Notes: generated by a model from the letters alone, not told the origin. 61,611 nucleotides of DNA, filler included, from 6 parts of 6 records of this genome joined end to end with filler, not necessarily neighbours in it, one strand, 5' to 3'. Counted from the first letter of the whole stretch, positions 31,982-43,278 are shown. Program-made: numbers and translations.

Positions 31982-33290
31982 TCAGGACGCCAGGGCTTCG
32001 GCGTCGAACGCCTGAATGGCTTCGGCGGACAGAAGAATATCCGACTTCAAACCGGCGGTTTCCCCCATTGTGGTTTCACAGAAATTGCGGGCAAGCAGCG
32101 TACGTTCTGACAGCCGCTGTGCCGGTTCACCTGTCGAGGCAAGCGCCCCCTTGGCAAGCAAGGCGCCGCCCAGGGTCAGCCCGGCCAGCCGCAGATAGGG
32201 CGTCGCCCCGGCGAGGGCATCGCCGACCCTGCCTTCCGCCTGCGCGCTCAGCATGAAGCTCGTTGCTTCCTCAAGATCCCGGATACTGGCCGAGAGCCGA
32301 TCCGCGGTGGCACCGAATTCAGGGCGGTTGGAGGCAGCAACCTCGTCGGCCACGGTCTGCAGCTCCGCGATGAAGCCCTTGATGTGTTCGCCGCCGGACA
32401 GCGGCAGCTTGCGCATGACCAGGTCGATGGACTGGATACCATTGGTGCCTTCATAAATCGGGGCGATGCGCGCGTCGCGCAGATGTTGTGCGGCGCCGGT
32501 TTCCTCGATGAAGCCCATGCCGCCGTGTATCTGAATACCCAGCGAAGCGACCTCGACGCCGAAGTCGGTCGGCAGCGCCTTGGCGATCGGCGTCAGCAGG
32601 CTTGCACGCTCGTTCCAGAAGGTCTTGCCGGCTTCGTCTTCGGCAATCTTCGACATGTCGATGGCGTGGGCACAGGCATAACAGATGGCGCGGGCAACCT
32701 GCGTGCGCGCCTTCATGCCCAGCAGCATGCGTTTGATATCCGGGTGGCGGGCAATCGGGCTCATGCCTTCGCCGGTCTCGCCGGGAGCCCTGCCCTGCTT
32801 GCGCTCCAGCGCGTAGGCAAGCGCATGCTGATAGGCGCGCTCGGCCACACCAAGCCCTTGAATACCGACCGCAAGGCGAGCGTTGTTCATCATCGTGAAC
32901 ATGCAGGCCAGACCGCGATTTTCCTCACCGACCAGCCAACCGATGGCACCGCCCTCGTCGCCATAGACCATGGTGCAGGTGGGCGAACCGTGAATACCCA
33001 TCTTGTGTTCGACACCGGCCACTTTCACGTCGTTTCGCTCGCCCAAGGAACCGTCGTCGTTGACCAGGATCTTCGGTACAAGGAACAGCGAAATGCCCTT
33101 GGTGCCTGCGGGCGCATCCGGCAGGCGCGCCAGCACCATGTGAACGATGTTGTCGGTAAGATCGTGGTCGCCGTAGGTAATGAAAATCTTCTGGCCGAAG
33201 ATGCGGTAGGTGCCGTCGTCCCGACGCTCGGCCTTTGCCTTGAGCGCGTTCAGATCCGAACCGGCCTGCGGTTCGGTCAGGTTCATGGTG
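31982..33290 (-). CDS. Acyl-CoA dehydrogenase, 5'-truncated
   Basis: MNLTEPQAGSD, GQKIFIT, QIHGGMGF, IYEGTNGIQ. Confidence 0.93.
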
Positions 33291-33390
33291 NNNNNNNNNN
33301 NNNNNNNNNNNNNNNNNNNNNNNNNNNNNNNNNNTTAATTAATTAANNNNNNNNNNNNNNNNNNNNNNNNNNNNNNNNNNNNNNNNNNNN
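33291..33390. other. Artificial contig spacer
   Basis: N-run with TTAATTAATTAA. Confidence 0.99.
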
Positions 33391-34986
33391 TTCGATGCCG
33401 CCGCGTTCGTTCAGCATCAGGGTGTAGGCAACGCGGCCATTGGCCATCGCCATATTGTTGGTGCACACCCGCTGGAGGAAACTTTCCGCATCCCCGCCTT
33501 CGACCATCAGCTTGCCCAGCATGGTATAATCGATCATCGCCACACCTTCGCGGGCGGCTTTTTGCTCTTCGAGCGCATAGTTGAACCAGTTTTGGCGGCC
33601 AAAACTGTATTCGTATTTCGGCTCGACCCCGTCTGGGGCGAACCAGCCCGGGCGTTCCCAACCCTGCGATTCCGAGAAACAGGCACCACGGGCCTTCATC
33701 GCGTGATAAAAGGGTGTGCGACGCAAATTGCGCGCGGTTTCGCGCTGACGGTTTGGCCAATGCATTGCATAGGTCAGCACCAATGTTTCGGGGCACCGCT
33801 CGCGCAGGTAAAGGTCACGCGCCTGAAATTCTTCGCACCGCTTGGGGTCCATCTCGCTCAGATCAATGGGCGGATGGCCATCAATGATCCATTGCGCCAA
33901 CGCACGACCCGCACCTGATCCGGATTGGATCCCGGTCGAATTGACACCGGCCAGCACGTAGTAGTCTTTGACATCCGGCGCTTCGCCCAGGGTGAACCGA
34001 CCGTCATAGGAATAGCTTTCAGGGCCGTTAAAGAAGGTACGAATGCCGGTTTCCTGCAGGATCGGCACCCGGTTCATCGCCAGCTCAAGCACCTCCATCA
34101 CGTCGTCTTCGACAAAGGGCAGGCTGTCGAATTCAAAGTCTGGCGAAATCCCCTGCATGCCCCAAGGCTTGGCCTGGAAATGTGCAAAACCAAACAACAG
34201 CTTGCCTGCGTCTTCTTTCCAGTAGGTGCCATCGCAGTACGACCGCAGAACCGGCAAGTCGCTGGGCAGATTGTCGATTGCCTCGGTCACCAGATAATAG
34301 TGTTCACAGGCGTGCAGCGGCACGCCGACCCCGTTCTGTTGGCCCAACTCGCGCGCCCACATGCCGGCGCAGTTCACCACCACATCGGCCTGGATTGTAC
34401 CCTGATCGGTGCGCACGCCTGCGGCCTTGCCATTGCGAGTCAGCACTTCTTCAACTTTGATATTCTCAAAGATTTTGGCCCCGCGCATCCGCGCTCCTTT
34501 GGCCAGAGCCGTGGTCAGATCCACCGGGTTGGCGGATCCGTCACTGGGCATGTAAATGCCTCCCTGAACCCCCTCAGGGTTCATCAGCGGCCAGCGTTCC
34601 TGAATTTCGGCTGTTTCCAGATACTGCGCCTCGATGCCAAAGAGCGCTGCGAAATCGGCCTTGCGTTTCAGCTCTGCCATGCGCTCGTGGTTGGTGGCAA
34701 CCGAGATAGAGCCCGATCGGCGATAGCCAGGATTCTGACCCGTTTCGGCTTCGATTTCCTCCAGCAGCTCAATGCCATATTTGGCGAAAGCGGTGGTGGC
34801 ATGGCTGCCCTGCAGCTGCCCAACCAATCCGGCGGCATGCCAGGTGGTGCCCGAAGTCAACTGTTTGCGTTCCAGCAGGACCACATCAGTAAGTCCCTGT
34901 TTGGCCAGATGATAGGCCACGGAGCAGCCATGAATGCCGCCGCCAATAATGACGACCTGTGCCTGTGACGGAAGTTGCTTTTTCAT
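33391..34986 (-). CDS. FAD-dependent GcvT-family dehydrogenase (dimethylglycine/sarcosine dehydrogenase-like), 3'-truncated
   Basis: IIGGGIHG, SGTTWHAAGL, NGPES, GWERP.WF; start of GcvT domain. Confidence 0.9.
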
Positions 34987-35003
34987 TGTCTGGGCCTGTT
35001 AAC

Positions 35004-36182
35004 TTAAGTGATTATTGGGAGATCGCGCGCAGCTCGGCGCGTCAGCAGCTCGGCACCATCCTCGCGGATGACGATGTTCTCTTCGTGCAGCATCATTTTG
35101 CCGTCGCCAAAGGCCAGCCCGGGCTCAAGTGTCAGCACCATGCCGGCCTGAATGACCGTGTCATCTCCCGGCATATGCGAGGGCCATTCGGTGACCTGCA
35201 TGCCCAGCCCATGGCCCATACGCCCGATCTGATGGCCGCTGCATCCGCCATCTTCCAAGACCTGCGCCATAGTCGCCCATAGCTGAGAGGTGGTGATGCC
35301 GGGACGGGCAGATTTCAAACCCGCTTCGGTGGCGCGCCAGGCCAGATCGTAGGCGGATTTCGCCTCATCCGAGGCATGGCCAAAGGCAAAATTGCGATCA
35401 AAGTCGCAACTATAGCCATCATACAGCGAACCGGTGTCCAGCAGCAGCATGTCGCCGTCTGCAATCATCCTGTCTGACGGGCGGTTGATCACATCCTCGA
35501 ACCCACCAGGCCCAGAACTGCCAACCAGATAGGGCACATCATCGGCCCCCTTTTGCAGCAAATCGATCTTGAACTTGGCAAAGGCCTGCCGCTCGGTGTC
35601 ACCTGCCTTGATATAGTTCGGCAGATCCTCAAATGCAGCCGAGGCGATGCTGCACATGCGGGCAATCTTGGCAATCTCAGCCTCGGATTTCACCATGCGC
35701 AGGCTGCGCACCACGTCCGTGGCATCCGCCAGCGATATCCCCTTCAGCCCGGCTTGCAGTCTTTGGAAATCTGCCGCTGGCATGCGCACATGGGTTTCAT
35801 GTCCCATTGGCAGGCCAAGAACGCCACCCTTGGGCATCACCTCATGCAATGTGTCCGTCAGCAAGGAAATGCCGTCATCTTCTGGCTGGGGTGCCAACCA
35901 GGTGCGGATGTCGGAAATCCAGGTCAGTGACATGCTGGGGCCACCGATTTCGGGGATCACCGCAATGGGCGCACCTTTGGCCGGGATAACCACAAACCAC
36001 GGGCGTGTGGGGCTCAGCCAGAAAATGGTATCAAAGCCGGTGAAATAGCGCACCTCTGGTTCGGTGGTCAGCAGCATGGCATCATGACCGAGCCGGGCCA
36101 TGATTTTCTGAGCTGCTTCGGTACGCTGTTCAAATTCGGCGGTGGCAAACCCACGAGGGGCAGCAGGATGCAAATCCGACAT
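35004..36182 (-). CDS. M24 family Xaa-Pro peptidase-like hydrolase
   Basis: Creatinase-like N-domain; LRMVKSEAEI; metal ligands DTG..DFDR, GHGLG, EPG, EE. Confidence 0.88.
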   Translation of the reverse strand: MSDLHPAAPRGFATAEFEQRTEAAQKIMARLGHDAMLLTTEPEVRYFTGFDTIFWLSPTRPWFVVIPAKGAPIAVIPEIGGPSMSLTWISDIRTWLAPQPEDDGISLLTDTLHEVMPKGGVLGLPMGHETHVRMPAADFQRLQAGLKGISLADATDVVRSLRMVKSEAEIAKIARMCSIASAAFEDLPNYIKAGDTERQAFAKFKIDLLQKGADDVPYLVGSSGPGGFEDVINRPSDRMIADGDMLLLDTGSLYDGYSCDFDRNFAFGHASDEAKSAYDLAWRATEAGLKSARPGITTSQLWATMAQVLEDGGCSGHQIGRMGHGLGMQVTEWPSHMPGDDTVIQAGMVLTLEPGLAFGDGKMMLHEENIVIREDGAELLTRRAARDLPIIT

Positions 36183-36186
36183 CTGG

Positions 36187-36969
36187 TCAGTCCTTGGTCT
36201 GGAGTTGGTGTTGAAAGAGCAAGCCACCCGCGGCAACGGTATCTGTGATCCCCGCCAACCGCGCCAAATGCCAAGCGGTCACCTGATTGCTCGAGAGCAC
36301 CGGTTTACCCAACTGCGCCTCGGCCTCGGCAAGGACCGGCAGAACACGCAGGCTGGTGCAGGACACAAAAACCCCGTCGCAATCCGGGCGCTGCCCTACC
36401 TTTTTGATCGCAGCGAGGATACTGTCAGAGGAAATGCGAGCGACCTTAAAATCATCGGATTGGTTGAAGGTTCCAATCGCGTTTACCTCAATCCCTGTCT
36501 CGGCCAGATTGTCGCGCATTTCCACGGTGACATCAGGCGCATAGGGCGTGATCAGTGCGATCCGTTTGAGGCTCAAGGCACGCAACGCCGCTTTGCAGGC
36601 GGTGATCGGATTGCTGGTGTTTGCCTTGGGATGCGCGGCGCGCAGGATCTGGTCCACCCTGTCTTCACCGATCATGGTGGCACCCGAGGTACAGCAATAT
36701 CCGATTGCATCAAAGTCAAAGGAAGCCGGGAGCAACCCTGCGGCGACAGGTAAATCCGTCTCCATTCGGCGCAGCGTATCGCAGGTCACTTCCATCTCGT
36801 TGGGGATCCGGGCGTGATAAAGAGCTAGCCCCTCAAGGCGCAGAAGCGCGGCAAACTCATGCTCAATCGTCTGATCCGATTGCAGCACGATCATTCCGAT
36901 CCGGGCGCGCGACCCCAGTCCCGCATCCTGTGCGGAGGTCAGATTTTGGATGTCGAGCCCTGCGCTCAT
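36187..36969 (-). CDS. Asp/Glu racemase / maleate isomerase family protein
   Basis: YCCTSG, ITPY, FVSCTSL, VLSSNQ. Confidence 0.88.
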   Translation of the reverse strand: MSAGLDIQNLTSAQDAGLGSRARIGMIVLQSDQTIEHEFAALLRLEGLALYHARIPNEMEVTCDTLRRMETDLPVAAGLLPASFDFDAIGYCCTSGATMIGEDRVDQILRAAHPKANTSNPITACKAALRALSLKRIALITPYAPDVTVEMRDNLAETGIEVNAIGTFNQSDDFKVARISSDSILAAIKKVGQRPDCDGVFVSCTSLRVLPVLAEAEAQLGKPVLSSNQVTAWHLARLAGITDTVAAGGLLFQHQLQTKD

Positions 36970-37076
36970 GGTTGGCGTTCTGAAGTCTGGCAGTTCACAG
37001 CGGTTTTCCCTCTCTGGGTCCCGCACCTTGAATTTCATGAGTAACCCATGCACTCAGATGAGAGATCTTTGGAAAT

Positions 37077-37107
37077 CTGGTATATACCAGCTACTGGTGT
37101 ATACCAA
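37077..37107. promoter_or_regulatory. Tandem GntR/HutC-type operators
   Basis: CTGGTATATACCAG perfect palindrome (37077-37090) and CTGGTGTATACCAA (37094-37107) in the divergent intergenic region. Confidence 0.75.
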
Positions 37108-37133
37108 GAAAAATCTTACGAAAGTGAAGTTGA

Positions 37134-37877
37134 ATGAGCCGACCAGATAACCACCAGAAGAATAAAGAGCCAGCATTTCAAAAAGTTATCGAGGCATTGC
37201 GTGCGCAGATTCACAGCGGTGAATTAGAGGAACACGCGGCTCTTCCTTCTGAACGGACCCTGGGCGAACAATTTCACATCAGCAGAATGACCGCACGCCG
37301 CGCACTTCTTGCGCTCGAGATGGAAGGCCTTGCCTATAGTTCCGAGCGTCGCGGGCGTTTTGTGTCACCGCAAAGGCTGACCTATAATATCAGCAAAACG
37401 GTCAGTTTTTCGGAACACGCCGAAGAAGGCGAAATAGGGTTGAAGATCGAACTCGTTTCGCAAGATGTGATAGAGGCCACACCACCCCTTGCAGCTAAAC
37501 TGGCAATCGAAACAGGCCGGAAACTATATACCTACACCCGACTTTTCCGCCTCAAGGGACATCCGGCCTTTATTGAGGAAGAATTCGCGATCGCTGATCT
37601 GTTTCCAGACATGTTCAGCCACAATCTGGAACAATCCACAACGCGCCTTATGGAGCAGGAATACAATATGCCGGCGCATTCCGGAGATATCTCCATTCGC
37701 ATGCGTGCCTTGAACGAAAGAGAGTCCAAGCTTCTGAGCTTGCCGACGTATCATGCTGGTATTGAGTTGGAGCAAGTGATTCTGGACCGAGATGGCCAGC
37801 CATTCTGTTTTGGACGACAATTATGGCGAGGTGAACTTGCTGAATTTACCGCACATGCCATCGTTCGCGATCGATAA
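37134..37877 (+). CDS. GntR family regulator with UTRA domain (HutC subfamily)
   Basis: LPSERTL...ISRMTARRAL wHTH plus C-terminal UTRA-like domain. Confidence 0.92.
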   Translation: MSRPDNHQKNKEPAFQKVIEALRAQIHSGELEEHAALPSERTLGEQFHISRMTARRALLALEMEGLAYSSERRGRFVSPQRLTYNISKTVSFSEHAEEGEIGLKIELVSQDVIEATPPLAAKLAIETGRKLYTYTRLFRLKGHPAFIEEEFAIADLFPDMFSHNLEQSTTRLMEQEYNMPAHSGDISIRMRALNERESKLLSLPTYHAGIELEQVILDRDGQPFCFGRQLWRGELAEFTAHAIVRDR

Positions 37878-38268
37878 CGCATTGCTCCGTCCATCTTAGC
37901 CTGACCAAGGAGAAGGTGGCACCGCGCGCAGATTTCCCGCTTGCTAATAGGTTTGGGTTACTTTTGTTCTGCGCATCGAAAGTGTGTCATAGGCGCTTGT
38001 GTGCCATAGGGGCGCGTGCCCAATCCAATCGACGTGATCCTTCGCGAACTCTCAGTGCATATTGGCGGGGCGAGCTGTGCAGCCGTTCGTGGACAAAGGT
38101 ATTCAGTTCGACTCTCAGTGAAACCTGCATCCATCTTCCTATGGACGCTCGCGTGCCCTCTGAGATTTCAAACCGAACGGGGTTCTGGGGTCGCTTCTGG
38201 CCGACGATACGCCCTTTGTTCCAGGCGGGGCGGAATCCACACGTGACGGGTAGGTTTGGTGCTTCCAT
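37874..38268 (-). pseudogene. Decayed tyrosine recombinase/integrase
   Basis: PAWNKGRIVGQKRP fused directly to PVRFEISEGTR; in other frames SMRRTKVTQTY*QAGNLRAV and LLGQAKMDGAMRY; deletion, stop and frameshifts. Confidence 0.8.
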
Positions 38269-39040
38269 GACGGTTCCTCTGATCGGCCATTCCCTCCCAC
38301 CCCGACAATCCGACGTTGACGAGGCTGCTTATCATAGGACGCTGCGTCGCATCTGAGGTCTAGAACACAATCTGCTGAAATAGGATGACGAATTACACCC
38401 GGGTGATTGCCTTGGAAATGAAGGTAGATATGTCCTGCTGCTGCTCGGAGATGCCACACCCCAAGCGCTACAAGAACGCTAAGGCTAACTGAAAAGTGCA
38501 GACCCCCATGCAAGGAAGGGGCCGCTTGCTCGAAAAGCCCAACGCGACATTCTGATGTTGTCTCAGCTCGTGTTCACTGAACGCAGGCAACAGGTGCTTG
38601 ATCAAAAACAAGCTGAAGTGGCGTATCGGAAAAACGTCTGAAGAGAGCACGCAAAAGTCCGTTCTTCGAGGTTTTTGATCCAAGCCTTTAGGATCTCGGC
38701 CATTTACATTCAAAGCCCATACACAGGGTGCTGATGCGCACAGATCTCCTAGGAATTGGCCGAGCGTGGAAAACGGAAGACCCAGGTGTGGGATTGGGAG
38801 GCCTGAGCCATCACCAAGCGCTGGATTCAGTTAGAACCGGGGTCAACAGGTTGACGATCTTCTTGGTTGTATAAAATGAAGAAACACGCATCCCATTGTT
38901 CACAAATTTCAAATTTGTCAGGGGTCAGGTGTCCCCGGAGTGTGTGTTACCCGGGCATTGCTATGCCAGATCATTTCAAGACGATAAGCAAATGAACACG
39001 AGGGTCAGCTCTGCTTTCTTCCTCATCAGAAGAATGCAAT

Positions 39041-39520
39041 TTAGTCGTCCAGAGAGCCGTGTACAGCCAGTTGGTCTAGTTCTGCACTTTGGGTTTCGAT
39101 AACCCGATAGCTTTCGCGGACACCTGCGGTGGTCAGTTCACGTGCCACGGTCAAAAGCGTGCCGTCGGCATGTTCGTCACATAAATCTGCCATGTGGGAA
39201 ATCTCGTCTGCGGCCACTGGGCGCGCGGCGTCGAGGTCGGGGGCGCCGTAATAGGTGACAAAATGCTGGGCTAGGTGGTCCGTCAGGCGGGCGACCTCGT
39301 TTGGTTCCACAGATGACACGGCAACAAAGGTGGCGCGCCCGTGTGTTTCCAACCCAAGCCAACCGTTTGCAAAAGCCTGACGGGCCTTTCCAGTGAGATC
39401 AGCTTCGCTCCAGTTTGAGAACTCAAACCCACCTGAGACGCACCATTCGCCGGTGCGGGCATGTGTGGCAAAGACACGGGTGTCGCTCTCATCAAGATGT
39501 GTCGCAATGGCCAGTTTCAT
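39041..39520 (-). CDS. Conserved hypothetical protein of FDH accessory clusters (DUF6505-like)
   Basis: DESDTRVF..GEWCVSGGFEF..RQAFANGWLG; coupled to the upstream gene. Confidence 0.7.
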   Translation of the reverse strand: MKLAIATHLDESDTRVFATHARTGEWCVSGGFEFSNWSEADLTGKARQAFANGWLGLETHGRATFVAVSSVEPNEVARLTDHLAQHFVTYYGAPDLDAARPVAADEISHMADLCDEHADGTLLTVARELTTAGVRESYRVIETQSAELDQLAVHGSLDD

Positions 39521-40230
39521 CAGGGGGTCTCCAACACGGTTGTCAGGGGGATCAATTGGGTGGTGCCGTCGGCGTCACGCAAAAGCATGCCGAATTCTTC
39601 GTCTACGCCCATGAATGTGCCTGTTTTACCATTCTGGGTTACGGTTTCGCCAACATCATGGGCCAGCCCGCGCCATTCTTCGTGCAAGGGGCGCGGCCCG
39701 TCGTGTTCCCAGCGGTTGATCCAGTTCAGGGTATGGCGGGCCCAGGCCTCGAGCAGGGCAGGGGCTTCGACGTCGCTGCAGCCTTCGGCATAGAGGGCTG
39801 TGGCATCGGGGGTTTCCCCGGGATTGTCGCTGGCGGGCCAAAGTGGGATCGCGACGCCGACGACCAGCCAGTCCGGAGATGAGGCGGGGTCTGTATCGGA
39901 TGCCATGACGCAGAAGCGGCCACATCGCGCGCCGTTGACACGCAGGGCGCCGTTCCATTCCAGATGAACCGCGACTTCGGGGGGGGCCAATGCGCCAAGC
40001 GCGTTCTGAAACCCGACGCCGCAGGTGGGCAGCATAGCCATAGCTGAGGCAAGCGGCACCTCGGGAGCAAAGACCATTGCTGCGGTCAGCGTGTTTGGTG
40101 CCAGGTTGTAAACGATCAAACCGGCGTCACAGCCCATTGCGGCCTTGGCGCAGGCGGTATCGAAGGGATCAATGGGGCCTGTTACAGCCAAGCCCGACAT
40201 CAGCGGGGGAAAAACGATGACGTCGCTCAT
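39520..40230 (-). CDS. Biotin/lipoate-protein ligase-like protein (DUF4444-like C-terminus)
   Basis: APPEVAVHLEW..LRVNGARCG, PDWLVVG, GTFMGVDEEFGMLL. Confidence 0.75.
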   Translation of the reverse strand: MSDVIVFPPLMSGLAVTGPIDPFDTACAKAAMGCDAGLIVYNLAPNTLTAAMVFAPEVPLASAMAMLPTCGVGFQNALGALAPPEVAVHLEWNGALRVNGARCGRFCVMASDTDPASSPDWLVVGVAIPLWPASDNPGETPDATALYAEGCSDVEAPALLEAWARHTLNWINRWEHDGPRPLHEEWRGLAHDVGETVTQNGKTGTFMGVDEEFGMLLRDADGTTQLIPLTTVLETP

Positions 40231-41321
40231 GCATGGCCCCCGGCGATAAGCGTTTGTGCGATTGCATGGAACGCTTTGGCCTGCGCGCTGTCCGGTTGAC
40301 TTGTCACAATGGGTGCACCGCCATCTGCTGCCATCCGGATCTGCAGATCCAGCGGGATTTCAGCGAGTAGGGGAACGCCGAGTTTGTCCGCCTCGGCGGC
40401 AACGCCGCCATGGCCGAACACATGCTCTTCGTGGCCACAGTTCGAACAGATGTGGGTGGACATGTTTTCAATCATCCCAAGGATTGGCACGTTCAATTGC
40501 TGGAACATGTCTATCCCCTTTCGGGCATCCAGCAGCGCGATATCTTGCGGGGTTGAGACGATGATTGCCCCGTCCACCTGCGATTTCTGCGCCAAGGTCA
40601 TTTGAACGTCGCCTGTTCCCGGTGGCAGGTCCACGATCAGTACATCCAGCGCGCCCCATTGAACTTGTGTCATCATTTGTTGCAGCGCCCCCATCAACAT
40701 TGGGCCGCGCCACACGACGGCTTGATCGTCATTGGTCATCAGGCCCATCGACATCATTGTGACACCGTGGTTGCGCAGAGGCAAAATAATCTTGCCGTCC
40801 GGGCTGGCGGGACGCCCCGAAACCCCCAACATGCGAGGTTGTGAGGGGCCATATACGTCTGCGTCCAACAGACCAACGCGCCGTCCTTCGGCGGCCAGAG
40901 CGCAGGCAAGATTGGCCGACACTGTTGATTTTCCGACTCCGCCTTTGCCGGACGCAACAGCGAGAATCCGATCGACCCCCGGGATTTTTTGCGGGCCTTT
41001 TGGCGCTGCCGGTTTTGGTTTCAGATCGGGCGGAGGCGTCTGGCTGCTGTGGGCCGTCATCACGATATTGGCGGTGATGCCAAGGGCGCTGAGCGCAGTT
41101 TCGGCCTGCGCCTTTGTTGCTTCATAGGCTTTGGCCTGTGCGGGATCGATTTCCAGTACAAACCGGGCTGTGTTGTCGTCGACGTTTAAGGCACGCATTG
41201 CCCCTGAGGACACGATGTCGCCACCATTGGGGTCAGTCACGCCTTTGAGTGCGGCCAGAACCTTATCTCGGATCACGTTGAATTCCTGTTCTTTGATCTT
41301 TGCCGGTCCTTGCGGAGGCAT
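40227..41321 (-). CDS. mrp: Mrp/NBP35 (ApbC) Fe-S cluster carrier ATPase
   Basis: SGKGGVGKST, DADVYGPS, DLPPGTGD, ENMS..C..C; true start may be about 45 nt downstream. Confidence 0.92.
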   Translation of the reverse strand: MPPQGPAKIKEQEFNVIRDKVLAALKGVTDPNGGDIVSSGAMRALNVDDNTARFVLEIDPAQAKAYEATKAQAETALSALGITANIVMTAHSSQTPPPDLKPKPAAPKGPQKIPGVDRILAVASGKGGVGKSTVSANLACALAAEGRRVGLLDADVYGPSQPRMLGVSGRPASPDGKIILPLRNHGVTMMSMGLMTNDDQAVVWRGPMLMGALQQMMTQVQWGALDVLIVDLPPGTGDVQMTLAQKSQVDGAIIVSTPQDIALLDARKGIDMFQQLNVPILGMIENMSTHICSNCGHEEHVFGHGGVAAEADKLGVPLLAEIPLDLQIRMAADGGAPIVTSQPDSAQAKAFHAIAQTLIAGGHA

Positions 41322-41328
41322 TTATGTT

Positions 41329-43278
41329 TCAGTGATCGCGGCGCTTTGACAGATAGTCTTCGGTGGTGCGGGGGCGAGGGCGCTTGCCACCCTCAAACGG
41401 GTTGTCCTTGGCGTGGTACTGCGCGTTGACCCGACAGGTGTCGCACATCTGGATCATGCGGGCGGCACCGGGGTTGGCGAACATCGCGTGATTGCCAGCC
41501 AGTTTTTCGGTGATTTTCTCGATGGTGGATTTCACACCAAACAGGGCGCCGCATCCAACACAGCCAAACGGCTCTTCCTCGTGCAGGACAGCCTGATCCA
41601 GAGCGGAAGGGTTCAGGTTCATTTGGGGTTCAAGGGTGATTGCCTGTTCCGGGCAGGTTGACGCGCAGATCCCGCATTGCAGGCAGGCGTCCTCTTGGAA
41701 GCGGAGTTGAGGGAGGTCAGGGTTATCGCCAAGCGCCCCAGAGGGACACAGCGAGACACAGGACAGGCACAGCGTGCAGTCGTCGGTGTTGACGACCACG
41801 GCGCCATAAGGCGCGCCCGCAGGCAATGTCAGCGTTTCATTTTGTGAATTCAGTGCGGTGGCGGCTTGGCGCGCAATCTGGCGGCGGGTGCCCATCGGGC
41901 GGACGGGTGTGGCCACAGGGGCAGGCGGCGTTGCCGCGTACAGCGCATCGGCCATTGCATCGGGGTCGTCGGAGTCCAGCAGGACAACCGAAGCGCCAAG
42001 AGCGGTGGCAAGGGCGGCTTCGTAGGCGATCACTTGTCGGTCAGCGCCGGGGGCCAGTTGGATGTTGACCTGTGCGAAACCGGCAGCTTGCGCCGCGACC
42101 ATCTCGGCGTGGCCAAAGGCGGCCAGCGCCGCCAGTTCCAGCGGGATGACATGGGCCGGTAGACCACGGCCAAAGCGGGCGGCCAGTCGGATCATCTCGG
42201 ACCCATGGTCGTTAACCACCAACAGGCTGGGGCTGTCTCCGCCAGCTTCGAGATAGGCGCGGGCCAGTGTTTGCACGCGGCGGAATGTCAGATCAACGGG
42301 GGGCGCATCATAGCTGATCGCGCCGGACGGGCAGAGCGAGGAACAGGCACCGCAGCCCGCGCAGATCATCGGGTCAATTGTGACATGGTCGCCGTTTGGG
42401 GTAATTGCGCCGGTTGGGCAGACGTCAAGGCACCGCGAGCAGCCGGATTGGCTGGCACGGGAATGGGCGCACAACAGGGGTTCTGATTTGATGTAGAGCG
42501 GTTTTTCAAATGTCCCGATAAGGTGAGAGGCCGCCAGTATGACGCTGGAAATGGCTGGAGGATGTTTGGGATCTGCGTGCAGATACCCTTCGCGTTTTTC
42601 GGGCGCTGGAAAGAGAGGTGTGTTGCCTGTCAGGTCAATGATGACGTCACAGTCCGATCGACCTCCGTCGCGCGGGGCGGTGAACTGTATCGGTCCGCGC
42701 CCACCCAGCACGCGTTGTTCGAGCGCATCAATCACGACCGAGAATTGCCCGAGCGACCCTTGGGCGCGTCTGAGTTGACCGCGGATCACATCATAATCAC
42801 GGGTCACAGGGGCCTCGGAGCCGGGGGCAAGCAACAGGGTCACAGCCAGATGTTCGGCCAGCGCTTCGGCGGCGGGGATGGCCACATCCGGGGGACCGAT
42901 GATCAGACAACTGCCATCAGACACGACTTCGATGGCTTTGCTGGGCTGCGCAGGCAATCCAGCTTCGGCGATCAGGGCGGACATTTTGGGTAGTTTCGAT
43001 GCGGGGTCATCGGACCATGAGGCCCGGTCGCGCAGGTCGAGTGTGGCGGGGGCAGGCACCCCTAATTCAGAGGAAAGTGAGTCGAAAAGTTGAGCTTCTT
43101 GCGCACAACAAATCATTGCATCACCGGCCTGAATTGCCGCTGCTGCATCGTTGATCTGGTCGGTGCACAGGGCGGTAAACACCTTTGAGACGGGGGTTCC
43201 GCATGTCTCGGAAATCGCCTCGGCATCGATGGCTTGACTGCCGGAGCAGTCACATAAAATCAACGTCTTAGTCATCAT
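41329..43278 (-). CDS. Multi-4Fe-4S ferredoxin-type protein
   Basis: Four CxxCxxCxxxCP-type motifs plus C-terminal CxxC pairs. Confidence 0.88.
   Translation of the reverse strand: MMTKTLILCDCSGSQAIDAEAISETCGTPVSKVFTALCTDQINDAAAAIQAGDAMICCAQEAQLFDSLSSELGVPAPATLDLRDRASWSDDPASKLPKMSALIAEAGLPAQPSKAIEVVSDGSCLIIGPPDVAIPAAEALAEHLAVTLLLAPGSEAPVTRDYDVIRGQLRRAQGSLGQFSVVIDALEQRVLGGRGPIQFTAPRDGGRSDCDVIIDLTGNTPLFPAPEKREGYLHADPKHPPAISSVILAASHLIGTFEKPLYIKSEPLLCAHSRASQSGCSRCLDVCPTGAITPNGDHVTIDPMICAGCGACSSLCPSGAISYDAPPVDLTFRRVQTLARAYLEAGGDSPSLLVVNDHGSEMIRLAARFGRGLPAHVIPLELAALAAFGHAEMVAAQAAGFAQVNIQLAPGADRQVIAYEAALATALGASVVLLDSDDPDAMADALYAATPPAPVATPVRPMGTRRQIARQAATALNSQNETLTLPAGAPYGAVVVNTDDCTLCLSCVSLCPSGALGDNPDLPQLRFQEDACLQCGICASTCPEQAITLEPQMNLNPSALDQAVLHEEEPFGCVGCGALFGVKSTIEKITEKLAGNHAMFANPGAARMIQMCDTCRVNAQYHAKDNPFEGGKRPRPRTTEDYLSKRRDH

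Noticed and set aside
38270-39040. Short ORFs between the integrase relic and the FDH cluster
   Set aside because: No recognisable motifs or RBS; consistent with decayed mobile DNA
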